Source: Geosiphon pyriformis uo1 (Eukaryota; Fungi; Glomeromycota). From it: a DNA stretch of 59,931 nucleotides. Below the pieces are notes generated by a model. That model made no database searches. It saw only the letters and a list, made by a program, of their open reading frames with translations, and was not told the origin of the DNA. The translations under genes and the position numbers were made by a program. The stretch's first letter is position 1. The number at the start of each line of letters is the position of its first letter. The stretch is taken from NCBI GenBank assembly GCA_016748015.1, contig JAAOMT010000760.1, forward strand, positions 925,234 to 985,164, written 5' to 3'. Of this stretch, positions 1-10,988 are shown piece after piece.

Positions 1-1
1 C

Positions 2-94
2 AAAAATCCTAATAGTCGACCGACTGCAAATGATGCTTTAAAAGATGAGTGGTTTAATTTGCCAGAGGAGCAATTATCTATAATGGAAGCTTAG
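2..94 (+). CDS. 3' end of a probable protein kinase gene (partial)
   Basis: Frame 2 reads KNPNSRPTANDALKDEWFNLPEEQLSIMEA*, resembling kinase subdomain XI (DPxxRPTAxEALxHPWF). It retains CpGs, unlike the surrounding repeats. Confidence 0.6.
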   Translation, partial: KNPNSRPTANDALKDEWFNLPEEQLSIMEA

Positions 95-464
95 ACTTTT
101 AAACACCCTATATTAAATATACTGATGTTATACAAGTTTTATTATTTGCTTAAATCAATTTTAATTTTTAAATTTGTCATGCTTATTTTGGTTTTTTTAT
201 ATTTTCGGAATTAAAAAAGTATTTTATTCAAAATAAATAGCTTTTTTATTTTATTTTTTTAGCTGTTAATGACTGAATTTTTTACACCAGATTTTTTAAA
301 CAATACATTATTTTCTGTAAATATTAACAAAAAATTTGATTATGTTTTGTTTATATAAACCAGTTATTTAAATTAGTTAAAACAATCCTATATTTTAAAC
401 AATATATTTCTGGTTAATCTATTATATATATATTAAGTATGTAAAAAAAAATTATATTAATTAT

Positions 465-1080
465 ATTTTTTATTATTATTTAATCTGCAGTCCAATTATT
501 ATTTAATATAATAAGTCAACTTAAATTAAAAATAATTTATGTATTTTTTACATATAACCAAACATAAACCTATTTAAACTAAATTACATAAATCTATAAA
601 AAAAAATTTATTTTAAAAAGATATTTTATACATAATTACACCAATATATTATTATTTATAATAATATTACTTATCTATTTAATATTTATTTTTGACTTAA
701 TACAATTTGGTTAATACTTTTAAAAAGCCAACAATTAAAGTAAATATTTTTACATAAAGTATTATTTAAATTAATATTAATTTTAGTTTTAATCTTAATA
801 TATTCTCTGTTAATTTTATTTAAAAACCTACTAAAAATAAACAATTTACTTTAAACTATAATAATTATATTTTTTAGCTTTTTATATTATATTTAAGTAA
901 TTTAAATAATTTAACTTAAATATTATTTTTTAATTTAATATTATTTAATTATAAATTATAATAATTTTACAAACTTTTTTTGTATATAATATTATTAACA
1001 ATAATAATAATATAATTAATTAATTAAATAAAAAATATTAAAAAATATTTAAAATATTTATAAGTAATATTAATATCTTG
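465..1080 (-). mobile_element. Highly decayed LINE 3' fragment (L3)
   Basis: About 500-570 resembles the reverse complement of the LINE 3' tail at 18410-18520. About 700-780 resembles the ORF2 ALCKGFVFRDWFNES segment. Boundaries approximate. Confidence 0.45.
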
Positions 1081-1082
1081 TA

Positions 1083-1168
1083 ATTTTTTTATTAATATTA
1101 ATATTAATAAATACCACTATTTAATATGATATTACTACTTAAAATTTTAAATTAACTATAATTTATGT
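1083..1168 (-). mobile_element. Distal 3' tail and poly(A) of decayed LINE L2
   Basis: Continues the LINE tail interrupted at 18661 and ends in an A-run on the minus strand. Confidence 0.55.
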
Positions 1169-1989
1169 TATTATTAAAAGTTTATTTACTTTTTTTTTAA
1201 TATTATTAATGTTATATTATTTTTAATTCTACTATTAATAGAAGTCAATAAACTTTTAATAAGTTAATTCTTTTTTTAAAATATTTTTTTATATTTTGAA
1301 CTATATATGCTATTGAATTTATAATAAACTGGCCAATTTTATATCAATTACTTGTACAATTACTTTGCAATAAAAGTCAACTCTTTTACAAAAAAATCTT
1401 ATTTATAAGTTTTTTAATTAATATATAGTTACTTTGCTATAAAAGTCAATTTTTTTACAAAAAATTTTGACTATAAATTATCTAATAATATAAAAAAAAT
1501 AATGAAAAAAATTATAATTAAGAAAAAAAATAAAAAATTATACTAAAGAAGTTATTTTGAATTTAAGTTTAAAGATTATTAATAATTAATAAAATTAGTA
1601 ACTAATTAATTTTAAAATATTAGTATATAAAAATAAGTTTCAAAGTAATAATTTAAAAAGTTTATGTTTTCAATATAAGTTTTATTTAAATTGATTTATA
1701 ACAAAAATATTTTAAGTTTAAGTAAAAATTAATTTTAACAAAAATACATTTTTATAAAAAAAAAGTTTTTTTTTTATTATAATACATAATTTAACACTTT
1801 TTTTCTATTAATATTTTGATAAACTAAAAATATATTTTGTCAAACAATAAATTATTTCTGTAAATTATAAATTATTTTAATAAACTGTTAAATATTTTGT
1901 TAAATTATTAAATATTTTATAAATTTTTAATGTCATATAATTTAATATATTATATAATTTAATTATATTTGTGTTTAGTACAAATTAAA
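1169..1989 (-). repeat. Solo LTR, family A (A0), 3' portion; split by LINE L1
   Basis: Reverse complement matches the family A LTR (GAGTTGACTTTT..AAAGTAA modules at about 1360-1460). The end AAACTTTTAATAATA differs from AAACCTTTGGTAACA by transitions only. Confidence 0.75.
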
Positions 1990-2126
1990 AACTTCTTTCT
2001 CTCTTTTGTCTAAAATTCCCAAAAAAAAGTTAAGAGTTTTTTGAAAAGAAGTTTTTTACTATTCAGTATAATAAATCAAAACTGTTTTTCAATTTTGAGA
2101 CCATTGTTGGTTTTAATATTGCCATC

Positions 2127-3926
2127 ATGAAGAAAGCTGCCAAAAAATCTGGCTCTGGTGGTGGTCTTAGACCAGTTCTACCAAGGAAAAAGAGAAGGGG
2201 TGGTGTTTTAAACGACATTGTCGAAGCTAAGATGGATTCTACTGGTAGTTCAGCTAGTTGTTCTTAGGATTCAGAAACTGGAAATATGACCAAGTCGAAA
2301 AGTGTGGATATAGAAAAGGAGTGTCTAGTGGAGGAGACCAGTTTTCAACAAAAGAGTAAAGAAGAGTTTGGTGGTGGCAATGCTGATATGACTTTCAAAA
2401 GTCCCAAAAGAACTGTTATAAAGTGATCTCTTGGTAAACCCATTGGTATGAACAATTTCAGCAAGGAATATGGTGATAATGATAATGTGTTAAATGAGTT
2501 ACTCTCGCTCTCTCTCCTTCTGTCTCTTAAGCCTGTGGTCTAAGTCTTGATCAGGAAATCTTTCGCGTTAAATATCAATCTGGTTGCAGTGGCTGGGAAA
2601 TCTTCTCAAGAGAAACTAAATTTTGTCAGGAAAATTTTTTCTGGTGTGAATGGTTTTGGGGGGGCCTTTACCTCCTCAAAATTTGGTGGCATAATCCGTG
2701 TTACCTTCACTTCTAATGAGGCAATGATAGCTGCAGCGAATCTGGCAAATGATTGTGGTGTTGTAATGAACACTGGTCTCAAGCACCCTGGCAACAATCA
2801 TATAAATTGGTCAATTGTGCTGAAGAAAATTCCTGTGGGAACATCTTTAAAAACTGTGCATGCAGCTGTGTCTGAGTTTGGTAAGATTGTGAAGATCAGA
2901 ATGCAATTGGTGGGTTTGTGGCAAAAAGCGATTGTCAATTTGGAAAATCAAAATCAGGCTGATCTCTTGGCTTTTAAGTGGTCTATCCTTATTGGGAAAG
3001 ATGTGGTTTGTGTGGTCAGAGCTGATGTGGATAAACAAACATAGGATGCCAGGGATGAGTTTAGGACTTTGCTCTGCACTCTTTCTATGAGAACAACTGC
3101 TCATAATCTATGAGATTTTATTGGTTTAGTTGGTGAGAAAACATGTGTCATTGATCATAATTCTGTCAGCTATTTGTGTGCTCACTGTGTAACTGTGTGC
3201 TTTGGTTCTAGATTTGATCTAGTTAATGTGATGAAAGCAACTCCCATTATAAAGGGTGTTGGTCTCTGTTGGTTTCGCCTCTTTTTGGCATTGTGTTTGG
3301 TTTGCAAGTGTCCTGATCATACATCTCTTACCTGTGTTTCAGTTAAGAATGACTCAACTCTAAAGAAAAAAAAGGCTCTTCTTTCTATGCATGACCAAGC
3401 CAGATTGGCCAATATTTATGCAAAGAAGTTTGCACCTATATCTCATCCATTGTCTTTCAATGGCAAAATCTGGGCTTCGGTGGTTGGTGCTTCTCCTGGT
3501 GTTTTTTCTCATCAGGTTTCTTCTTTTGGTTCCATAGAACATGATAAACTTTTCCCTTCTGTTGTGAATGATTTGGAAAGATAATTAATTGGCATTGAGA
3601 GCAGTCTTATCAGTCTCGTGAGACAAATTGTTGAGTTGGCTAAAAGGTTGGATTTACTCATGCTGGCAGTTTCCCAGTCTAGCCCTGGATGTCAGCTGCC
3701 AATGACCCCCCCATTACAGAATCAAGAGGAGGATATAGTGATGAGAGCAGATTCAGGTGAAGCCATTAGTGGCAAAATTGCTGCGTTTAAGGACTCTTCG
3801 GTGTCCTCTCATGTTATCAAGTTGGAAAATATGTTGGAGGGCCTCTCTAGGTCTGTGTTGAACTTATTTGCCCATTTTGACAGTTTGGCTTTGGCTGGTG
3901 GTGCTCTTTCTTTACCCATTTCTTAA
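2127..3926 (+). pseudogene. LINE ORF1 (RRM-like domains, CCHC knuckle, C-terminal coiled coil)
   Basis: ATG at 2127. ORF pieces 2547, 3174 and 3618 share one frame, broken by stops. Basic N-terminus RKKRR, RRM-like IVLKKIPVGTS..EFGKIVKI, knuckle CLVCKCPDHTSLTC. Confidence 0.85.
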
Positions 3927-4310
3927 TGAGTAGTCTGGTTTGGAAAATTGCCATGTGTAATGTTTGGGACATGAACAATCCTGCAAAACAGAATAACATT
4001 GTTTGTTGGCATAAAAATATGGGCAATTTGATTTTGATTGTTACTAAGACTAAGTTGAAAGGTGGGATCTGTCTTTGGATCATGGACAAGTTTGATGGTG
4101 TTCAGGTTTTCACTTCCAGTTTGGATGTTGGTCATTTGGATTCTGGTGTCACAATTATTATGAACATTTCTTTGGCTCGACATGTGTATAAGGTTTTGGA
4201 TGTTTTTGGTCGGCTTCTTTCTATTAGATTACTCTTCAAAAATAAACTTTCTGTGTCAATTTTGGAACTGTATGCTGAAGCATCTCTGGCAGTACGTTTC
4301 TCTTAGGTGG
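3926..4310 (+). pseudogene. LINE ORF2 N-terminus (APE endonuclease)
   Basis: KIAMCNVWDMN, IVTKTKL and SGVTII are decayed APE motifs. The frame resumes at 14130 (ILGGNFN, IDYVF, TNHKAV). Confidence 0.9.
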
Positions 4311-5274
4311 TGTTACCAAACAAAATTAGAGATATTGTTTAGCATGAAATTACCCTTATAAATCTTATCATTAATTAGCATATATTATCGTTTCAAATTA
4401 TCACTTATTATATTACCAAAATGTCTGAAATTATTATTTAATTAATAACTCAATTTGTACATAACACAAATGTAACCTAAAGTATGATGATCAATCATGC
4501 AATACCCCGAAATATATAACACTTAAAAGTTCGCCAAAATTTGTAGAAATTTGCTGAAATAATTGATAGTTCACTGAAATATTTAATAGTTTGCAGAAAT
4601 AACTTGTATTTTTAGTTCAGCAAAATTATAGAAAAAAGCAAAGTTCAAGTTCATAGAATAGTGTTACAACAAGTTGTATAAAAAAAGAACTTCTCTTTTC
4701 GAGAAAATGTATCTTACTTTAGATTTATCACTTAGAACTATTCCTACACACACAAAAAGAAATAAATATCAAATAATTCAAAAAACCAAATTTTTTAATT
4801 ATTGCACTTGGAAAATTCCAAAAAAACAACTAATGTTTTGAAATTGATTAGCTACCAATTTCAATAAACTGTTAGTGACTCCAGGCCTGGATAGAAAACG
4901 TTTCTCTTGATAAAATCCTATTTCTTTTACATTTCTTTTATTTTTCTTTTTTTTTCTTAGTACAATCATTAGGGTAGCCTACAGACAAGATTCCTGTAGA
5001 AGAGTTGACTTTTACAGTAAAGTAACTACACATTTTAGTGAGCTTCCAGACAAGCAATTCCTGGGAAAGAGTTGACGTTTACTACAATGTAACTATACAA
5101 AGCAACTGGCACGGAATTGGCCATTTCACTAATAAGCCCAGCAGTTCAAATTATAAAAGATAATTTGAAGATAAATTCAGTTACTGGAGATTCAACCACA
5201 TCCAGAAAACGTGAATTCACAGCAAACAGACATCAACAACATTTAAGAAAAGAGACCAAAAACCTTTGGTAACA
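4311..5274 (+). repeat. 5' LTR of A1
   Basis: TGTTACC...GGTAACA; direct repeat of 13146-14125. Confidence 0.97.
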
Positions 5275-5276
5275 TT

Positions 5277-5288
5277 TGGTGCTCTTCT
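5277..5288 (+). promoter_or_regulatory. Primer binding site (TGGTGCTC...)
   Basis: TGG starts 2 nt after the LTR. The same motif follows the 5' LTRs ending at 24959, 27523 and 33293. It is complementary to a tRNA ending ...GAGCACCA; the tRNA is not determined. Confidence 0.85.
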
Positions 5289-5319
5289 ATAGAAATAACA
5301 CAGCAACAACAAATTCAAA

Positions 5320-7250
5320 GTGGCGACCATACCCGATGCAACAACTCTAGAGTATTACCAATTGATTTACACCCACTGCAAGCAAAAATTCAACATTCCA
5401 GACGGAATTGAAATTGTCAAGAAATCAGTATACCAATACATTGAAAACTACATCAACAATTATCTTTTTGGAAATTACAATATTTTAGAAGTTAGAAGCA
5501 ACCTTTATAATAATTTAGCACACTATTCACAATTGAAAACTGAAGACCTTAACAGTGAAACACTGGCCACTTATTTTCAAAAACTTAATTTTAACATTAT
5601 CAAGTACTGTGAAGAAACATATCCAATACAGTCTCAATACTCTATTGATTTTGAATTGGAGACAGAAACAAGCAACAAAGGCAAACACAAATTAAAACAA
5701 TACTCAAAAACCACCCCAAATACTTCAATACCACCAAAAACAACTGCCAAACACTTACAAACACCTGAACAAGAAACCAGTTCAAAACTTCCACTTACTA
5801 TCACACCTTTTCCAGCTTCACTTGAACAAACACAAACACTTAATTCACCCTTAAATTGATTTGCAAGACCAGAAGATTTTACATCACTCAGAAGTCCCAC
5901 CAGACAGCAAAAATTCCTTCAAACTAGTTTCAATCTTCTTGATTTTCTAGCTGAAAATCAAAGTGAATATTCTGAGACAGCAGTGAACAAAGAAAACGAC
6001 TCTGAAACATCTAAAGAAGAATCAATAGACAGTGAAAACAAAGAAGACAACATGACAGCCTATATTGCAAAAATTCCTGAATTTAATAGAGAAGATATCG
6101 AGACCAGTTCCCAAAAATGGCTCAACCAAGTTACTAAAGCTGGAGATGCAAATGGATGGAATGCTGCCAAAATGTTAAGAACAATTCCCTACTTTCTCAA
6201 AGAAACAGCAGGCAAATGGTTCAAAAACTTGACCACTTCTTTTAATGACTGAACAACTTTCAAAACTGACTTCTTAGAACAATTTACCAATAACAACACC
6301 TCAATCACACTTTGAAATTGTTTTCGCAATATCAAACAAAAATCCTCCGAATCTGTTATGACTTATATTAGGAAATTCAACAAACTTCTCAGATGAATTT
6401 GCCAACTCGAAACAAATGATTATTATTCCGATGCTCAAATCTTGGATCAATTTATCACTGGTCTAAAAGATAAACTAATTAAAAAAGTTCGCTCACATGC
6501 CCCAGAAGATTTAAACTCTGCCATACAGCATGCGAAAAGATACAAAATGGTCATGGAAGAGGCCAATCACACAAAACTTGTAAATCTGGCAATTGGAAAA
6601 ACCAGCTCAGCAGCTGAAAAAAAAATTGACCAACTCACAAAAAAGATTAAAAACTATTTTACCAATCAACAACAACAGCAACCCCAAAGATATCAACCAT
6701 CCCAAAGACAAAATCAAAATAATTTTGTACCACTTTCTAATAACCAGCCTCAGAATTGTCATTACTGTGAAATCTCTGGCCATTGGAAAAAAGATTGCAG
6801 AAAGCTACAACAAGACCAACAAAATAGGGGTAATCAATGTTACCTTCCATCACAGCAATCTTATTATCAACCACCACTACTAGCTTACTATCCACCAAGA
6901 CCCCAATATCAAAGTAACTATTATCAGCCCACTCCACAGCCAATCCAACAGCAATACCAACAACCATCCACACAACATTATCAAGTACCTGCTTGAAGAC
7001 TGACTACACAAAATCAATTCACACCACAAAACCAATACCAAGTAAACAACCATAGAATCAATTCGAACAACCAATTGGTTCCCCAAAATTCCATTCAACC
7101 AAGACCCAACCACTATCACACTCAACCCAGTTATTTAACAATGCCAGAAGAACAGAATTTTTATCATACTGCACCCTCGGAAGGTAGAGCTGCAGCACAA
7201 CAACAAAACCATTCCTATACTTCCACCACAATCCCACCAGCCAAAATTGC
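5320..7250 (+). pseudogene. gag: gag of A1
   Basis: Retrotransposon capsid-like region (IPEFNRED..WLNQV..IPYFLKETAGKWF; LDQFITGL), zinc knuckle CHYCEISGHWKKDC, Q/P-rich tail. One frame with premature stops. Confidence 0.9.
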
Positions 7251-7339
7251 TAAAAATACCAACCTTTCAGATATATTTTCTTTGAGTTCAAAGCAAATGA
7301 GTCACCATTCCTGCTTAGCAATATGGTCACCAACAAACA

Positions 7340-7730
7340 AAAAGCAATCACTGCTATGTACACTGAAGCAGAAGTCAAAGAAAAGACAATTCGCTTGATC
7401 CTAAACAGTAGATCCACCAGAAGCATCATCACCTACCAGTTAATGCAACAATTAAAGAGAAATGTCAACTGACCAGCTCAAACAGTAATTGTTACTGCCA
7501 ATAGCATGAAAAAGACTCCAGTAGGAAAAATTGACAATTTTCTGTTCATTCTTGATGGAATCACTATTCCAGTCAAAGTTCTTGTAATAAACGCGCCCCA
7601 GTACTAAGCTCTCATCAGAAATGATTGGCTCCAAAAAGCCAATGCTAATCTGAATTGGGAAACACAAGAGTTAACAATCTTCTACTAAGGACAACACGCT
7701 CGAGTACCTGCCACTTGTGGTACATTCAAC
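7340..7730 (+). pseudogene. Aspartic protease of A1
   Basis: RLILNSRSTRSII is a decayed LILDSGS motif (D retained in copies A2 and B2). ALIRNDWL is a decayed LGNDWL motif. Confidence 0.85.
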
Positions 7731-7929
7731 AAATGCTCTGAAAAAGCCCCGGCTTTTGAATTCGAACCAGAAGAAGAAAAACCAATAGTCAAAACATTCA
7801 TGGCTCTTGGATTAACATCCAATTGGGCCAAGGAAACTGAACAAGAACATTTTACTCCACACTCTGAACCTGAAACCCCTGGATAGAATATTCCTTACTC
7901 AAAGCCTGAACCACAAAAACAACACCCTT

Positions 7930-8560
7930 ACATTCCACTCAAATGCAAAGACTGCCACAAAAAACTCTCCTCAATGGGAGTCTGTATTTCACTTGAAGAA
8001 GAATATGAAAATCATACTTGTTATTACTGCAAGACTTGCCACAGAGAACGATGGAGCCATCTAATAAAAAGAAGTGGAAAATGGAATAACACCCCTTGTT
8101 TGAATTGTGGAGATATGCTACCAAAAAAATGCAATTGGATTAATGTAGCAATGAGAGGAGAAGTCTGCAATCAGACCTGTCAATATGCTTTATCAATTTC
8201 AGAAAAAGTAAAAAGAGGAACATCTTTTAATGCAGCATACAATAGTGCTCTCAACAAACTTTATCACTACCCTTATGATGTTGAGATGATTTTTGACCTA
8301 GCAATGACATTAATTAATAGAGCTACTAAAGAAAATGTCTGTCAAATGAAGGAAGCAAAATACATTGAATACACTATAGAATTAGCTGGATTTGATTATG
8401 AAGACGAAGTAGAAGTTTACTACCAAATTACAAGTCACACTTATCCAACCCAAGAAGCTCAAATTCAACGATTAAAGCAAATAAACATTAGGCTATGTGA
8501 AGAATACATTATGCCTTGTGATGAAAAGTGGTGTCCTGAATGCTATGCTCTTAGCATTCC
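7930..8560 (+). pseudogene. Cys-rich putative zinc-binding domain in pol
   Basis: CKDC, CYYCKTC, CLNC, CNQTC, CEE..PCDEKWCPEC. Homologous segments occur in A2, B2 and B3. Confidence 0.7.
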
Positions 8561-8659
8561 GCTGTCCAGTGAAAATGATGAAAATGAAATTGAGTTCGGA
8601 GAACTTAAAGCAACAGAAAAAATTGAAGCAACACTCATCTATCTCATTGAAAATCAACC

Positions 8660-9100
8660 TGCTTTACAACTCAAATACTTTAACAACAATAGACAAGAAA
8701 TAAAACCTGAAAAAGCACATGAAATTAATGCTGGATATGACCTAAGATATCCAGACAAGGATACTCTTGTTCTCAAACCCAAATCTCTCACAAAAATCAA
8801 CCTCAAAATTGCTCTGGAAATTCTGCCAGGAGCAATGGTTCAAATCGCCTCCCAGTCTTTTCTGGCAAGCAAAGAAATCAATATCAGAGGAGAAATAATC
8901 GATGCTAGATATACTGGTGACATAACAGTAATACTCCAAAATGAAACTGACAAGCCGTTTAAGATTGAACATGTTAAAAAAATTGCCCAAGCCATTTATT
9001 TACTCTTAATTAACATTTCAGGTTTACAATTAGTCAGTCAAAGAGAACAATTGGGAAAAAATGAAAGAGAAACCAATGGTTTTGGTTCAACTGGACAATT
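8660..9100 (+). pseudogene. dut: dUTPase domain in pol
   Basis: Five trimeric dUTPase motifs in order: AGYDL, ASQSFLA, GEIIDARYTG, KIAQ, ERETNGFGSTG. Confidence 0.92.
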
Positions 9101-9509
9101 TACAGTTCCAGTAAACATAGCTCTTAATAAACAAAGTGAATCTCACCAGATTCTATGACTTCCACAACCAATTACTATTTCACCCTTTGAAGAACATCTA
9201 GAAATCGACATCTGCCTAAAGCCAATGACCATACAACAAATTTTTGAGTCCAACAAACAAATCTGCTTGGAACATAATATCTTAATTCCAAACATTTATA
9301 TTCCAAAAGGAACAAAAAAAGTCCGAGTTACTTTTTACAACCCCAACAATTATTCTATAGTTTTATTAAATAACTTAGAAATTGGAGTTATTCACAGTAA
9401 TATCTTTTAACAAGAATTACCCCAAACAGTCCCCAATTTTTCTGAAATTATTGGACATTCACTACCAAAAATCAACCCAAACTCCAGCTCTGAAAACTAC
9501 CATGTTGTC

Positions 9510-10937
9510 ATGGAAAAACTATCTCAAATCAACATGGGACAACTTGAACTACAACAACAAAACCAGCTCAAAGAGCTAATTGCAGAATTTGCTGATATTT
9601 TTGCTGAAAACAACAATGACTTAGGAAGAACCAATTTGGTTCAACATCAAATCTACACAGGAGATGCTAAACCGAGAAGACAACAAGCATATCAAGTTGC
9701 TCCAAAAAGCCACCAATTCATCCGAGAAGAAGTACAACAAATGCTCAACAACGGGCTCATCCAACCCTCCATGAGTCCTTGGGCTTCACTTGTAGTGCTA
9801 GTTAAAAAGAAAAATGGAAAAATATGATTTTGTGTTGACTATCAACAACTCAACAGTGTTACAATTGGAGATGCCTATCCCCTTCTCCGAATTGATGACA
9901 TGTTAGATGCCCTTGGAAAATCCAAATACTTTTCAACATTAGATTTAGAAAGCAGATACTGGCAAGTTGCTATGAATTCTAAAGATCACCCCAAAACAGC
10001 ATTTACAACACAAGAAGAAAACTATAAATTCAATGTAATGCCCTTTGGATTATGCAATGCGCCAGCAACATTCCAAAGACTTATGGATGTTGTATATGCT
10101 GGACTTCTTTGGAAATCAGTAGTTGTCTACCTTGAAGACATTGATGTTTATTCACCCTCTTTTGAACTCCATTTAATTCACCTGCAAAAAGTTTTTCAAC
10201 GATTACGTAAAGCAGGATTAAAATTAAACATTGAGAAATGCCATTTTGGAAAAACAAGTTTGATTTTTCTTGGTCACATTGTTAGTGGAGAAGGAGTTAA
10301 GCCAGATTCAGGAAAAATTAATGCTGTTAAAAATTTCAAAACTCCTCGAAATACTACAGAACTAAGAGAATTCATAGGGTTAGCCTCCTACTATCAGAAG
10401 TTTATCAAAAGATTCTCAAAAATCACAAAACCTCTTAACCAGTTTAACACCAAAAACGTTGAATACAAATGGACTGCTGAATGCCAAAATACATTTGAAG
10501 TCCTCAAAGAAAAACTAATGACAGCTCCAATTTTCGCCTACCCAGATTTCAGAAACCGATTCCGATTAGCAACAGATGCCTCTTATACTGCCTTTGGTGC
10601 TATCTTATTACAATTGGATGACAATGAAAATGAGCGAGTAATTGTTTATGCTAGCAGAACATTAAAACCAGCTGAAAAAAATTATCCTGCCACTGAATTG
10701 GAAACAGCAGCTGTAATTTGGGCCTTACATCATTTCAATCTGTATCTTTGGCCAAAAGAATTCGATATTATCACTAATAATATTGGACTCAAATGGCTTC
10801 AGAACAAAAATACTTAGCTGAACGCAAAACAAACCTGATGGACTGGATTTCTAGCAAACTATTGATACATAGTACATCACAAACCAGGAAAACTCCACAC
10901 CAATGTTGACTGTCTCTCCAGAATGAGACAAGATTAA
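9510..10937 (+). pseudogene. pol: Reverse transcriptase and RNase H of A1
   Basis: SPWASLVVLV, FCVDY, KTAFTT, MPFGLCNAPATFQ, YLED, FLGH, TDASY, KNYPATELE, NVDCLSR. Confidence 0.95.
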
Positions 10938-10988
10938 AAAACACAAAAACCGACACTCAACTTAACCAACCAAAACAGCCAACAAACA

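Noticed and set aside
4979-5095. Hammerhead ribozyme in the LTR
   Set aside because: No CUGANGA...GAAA core in the required arrangement.
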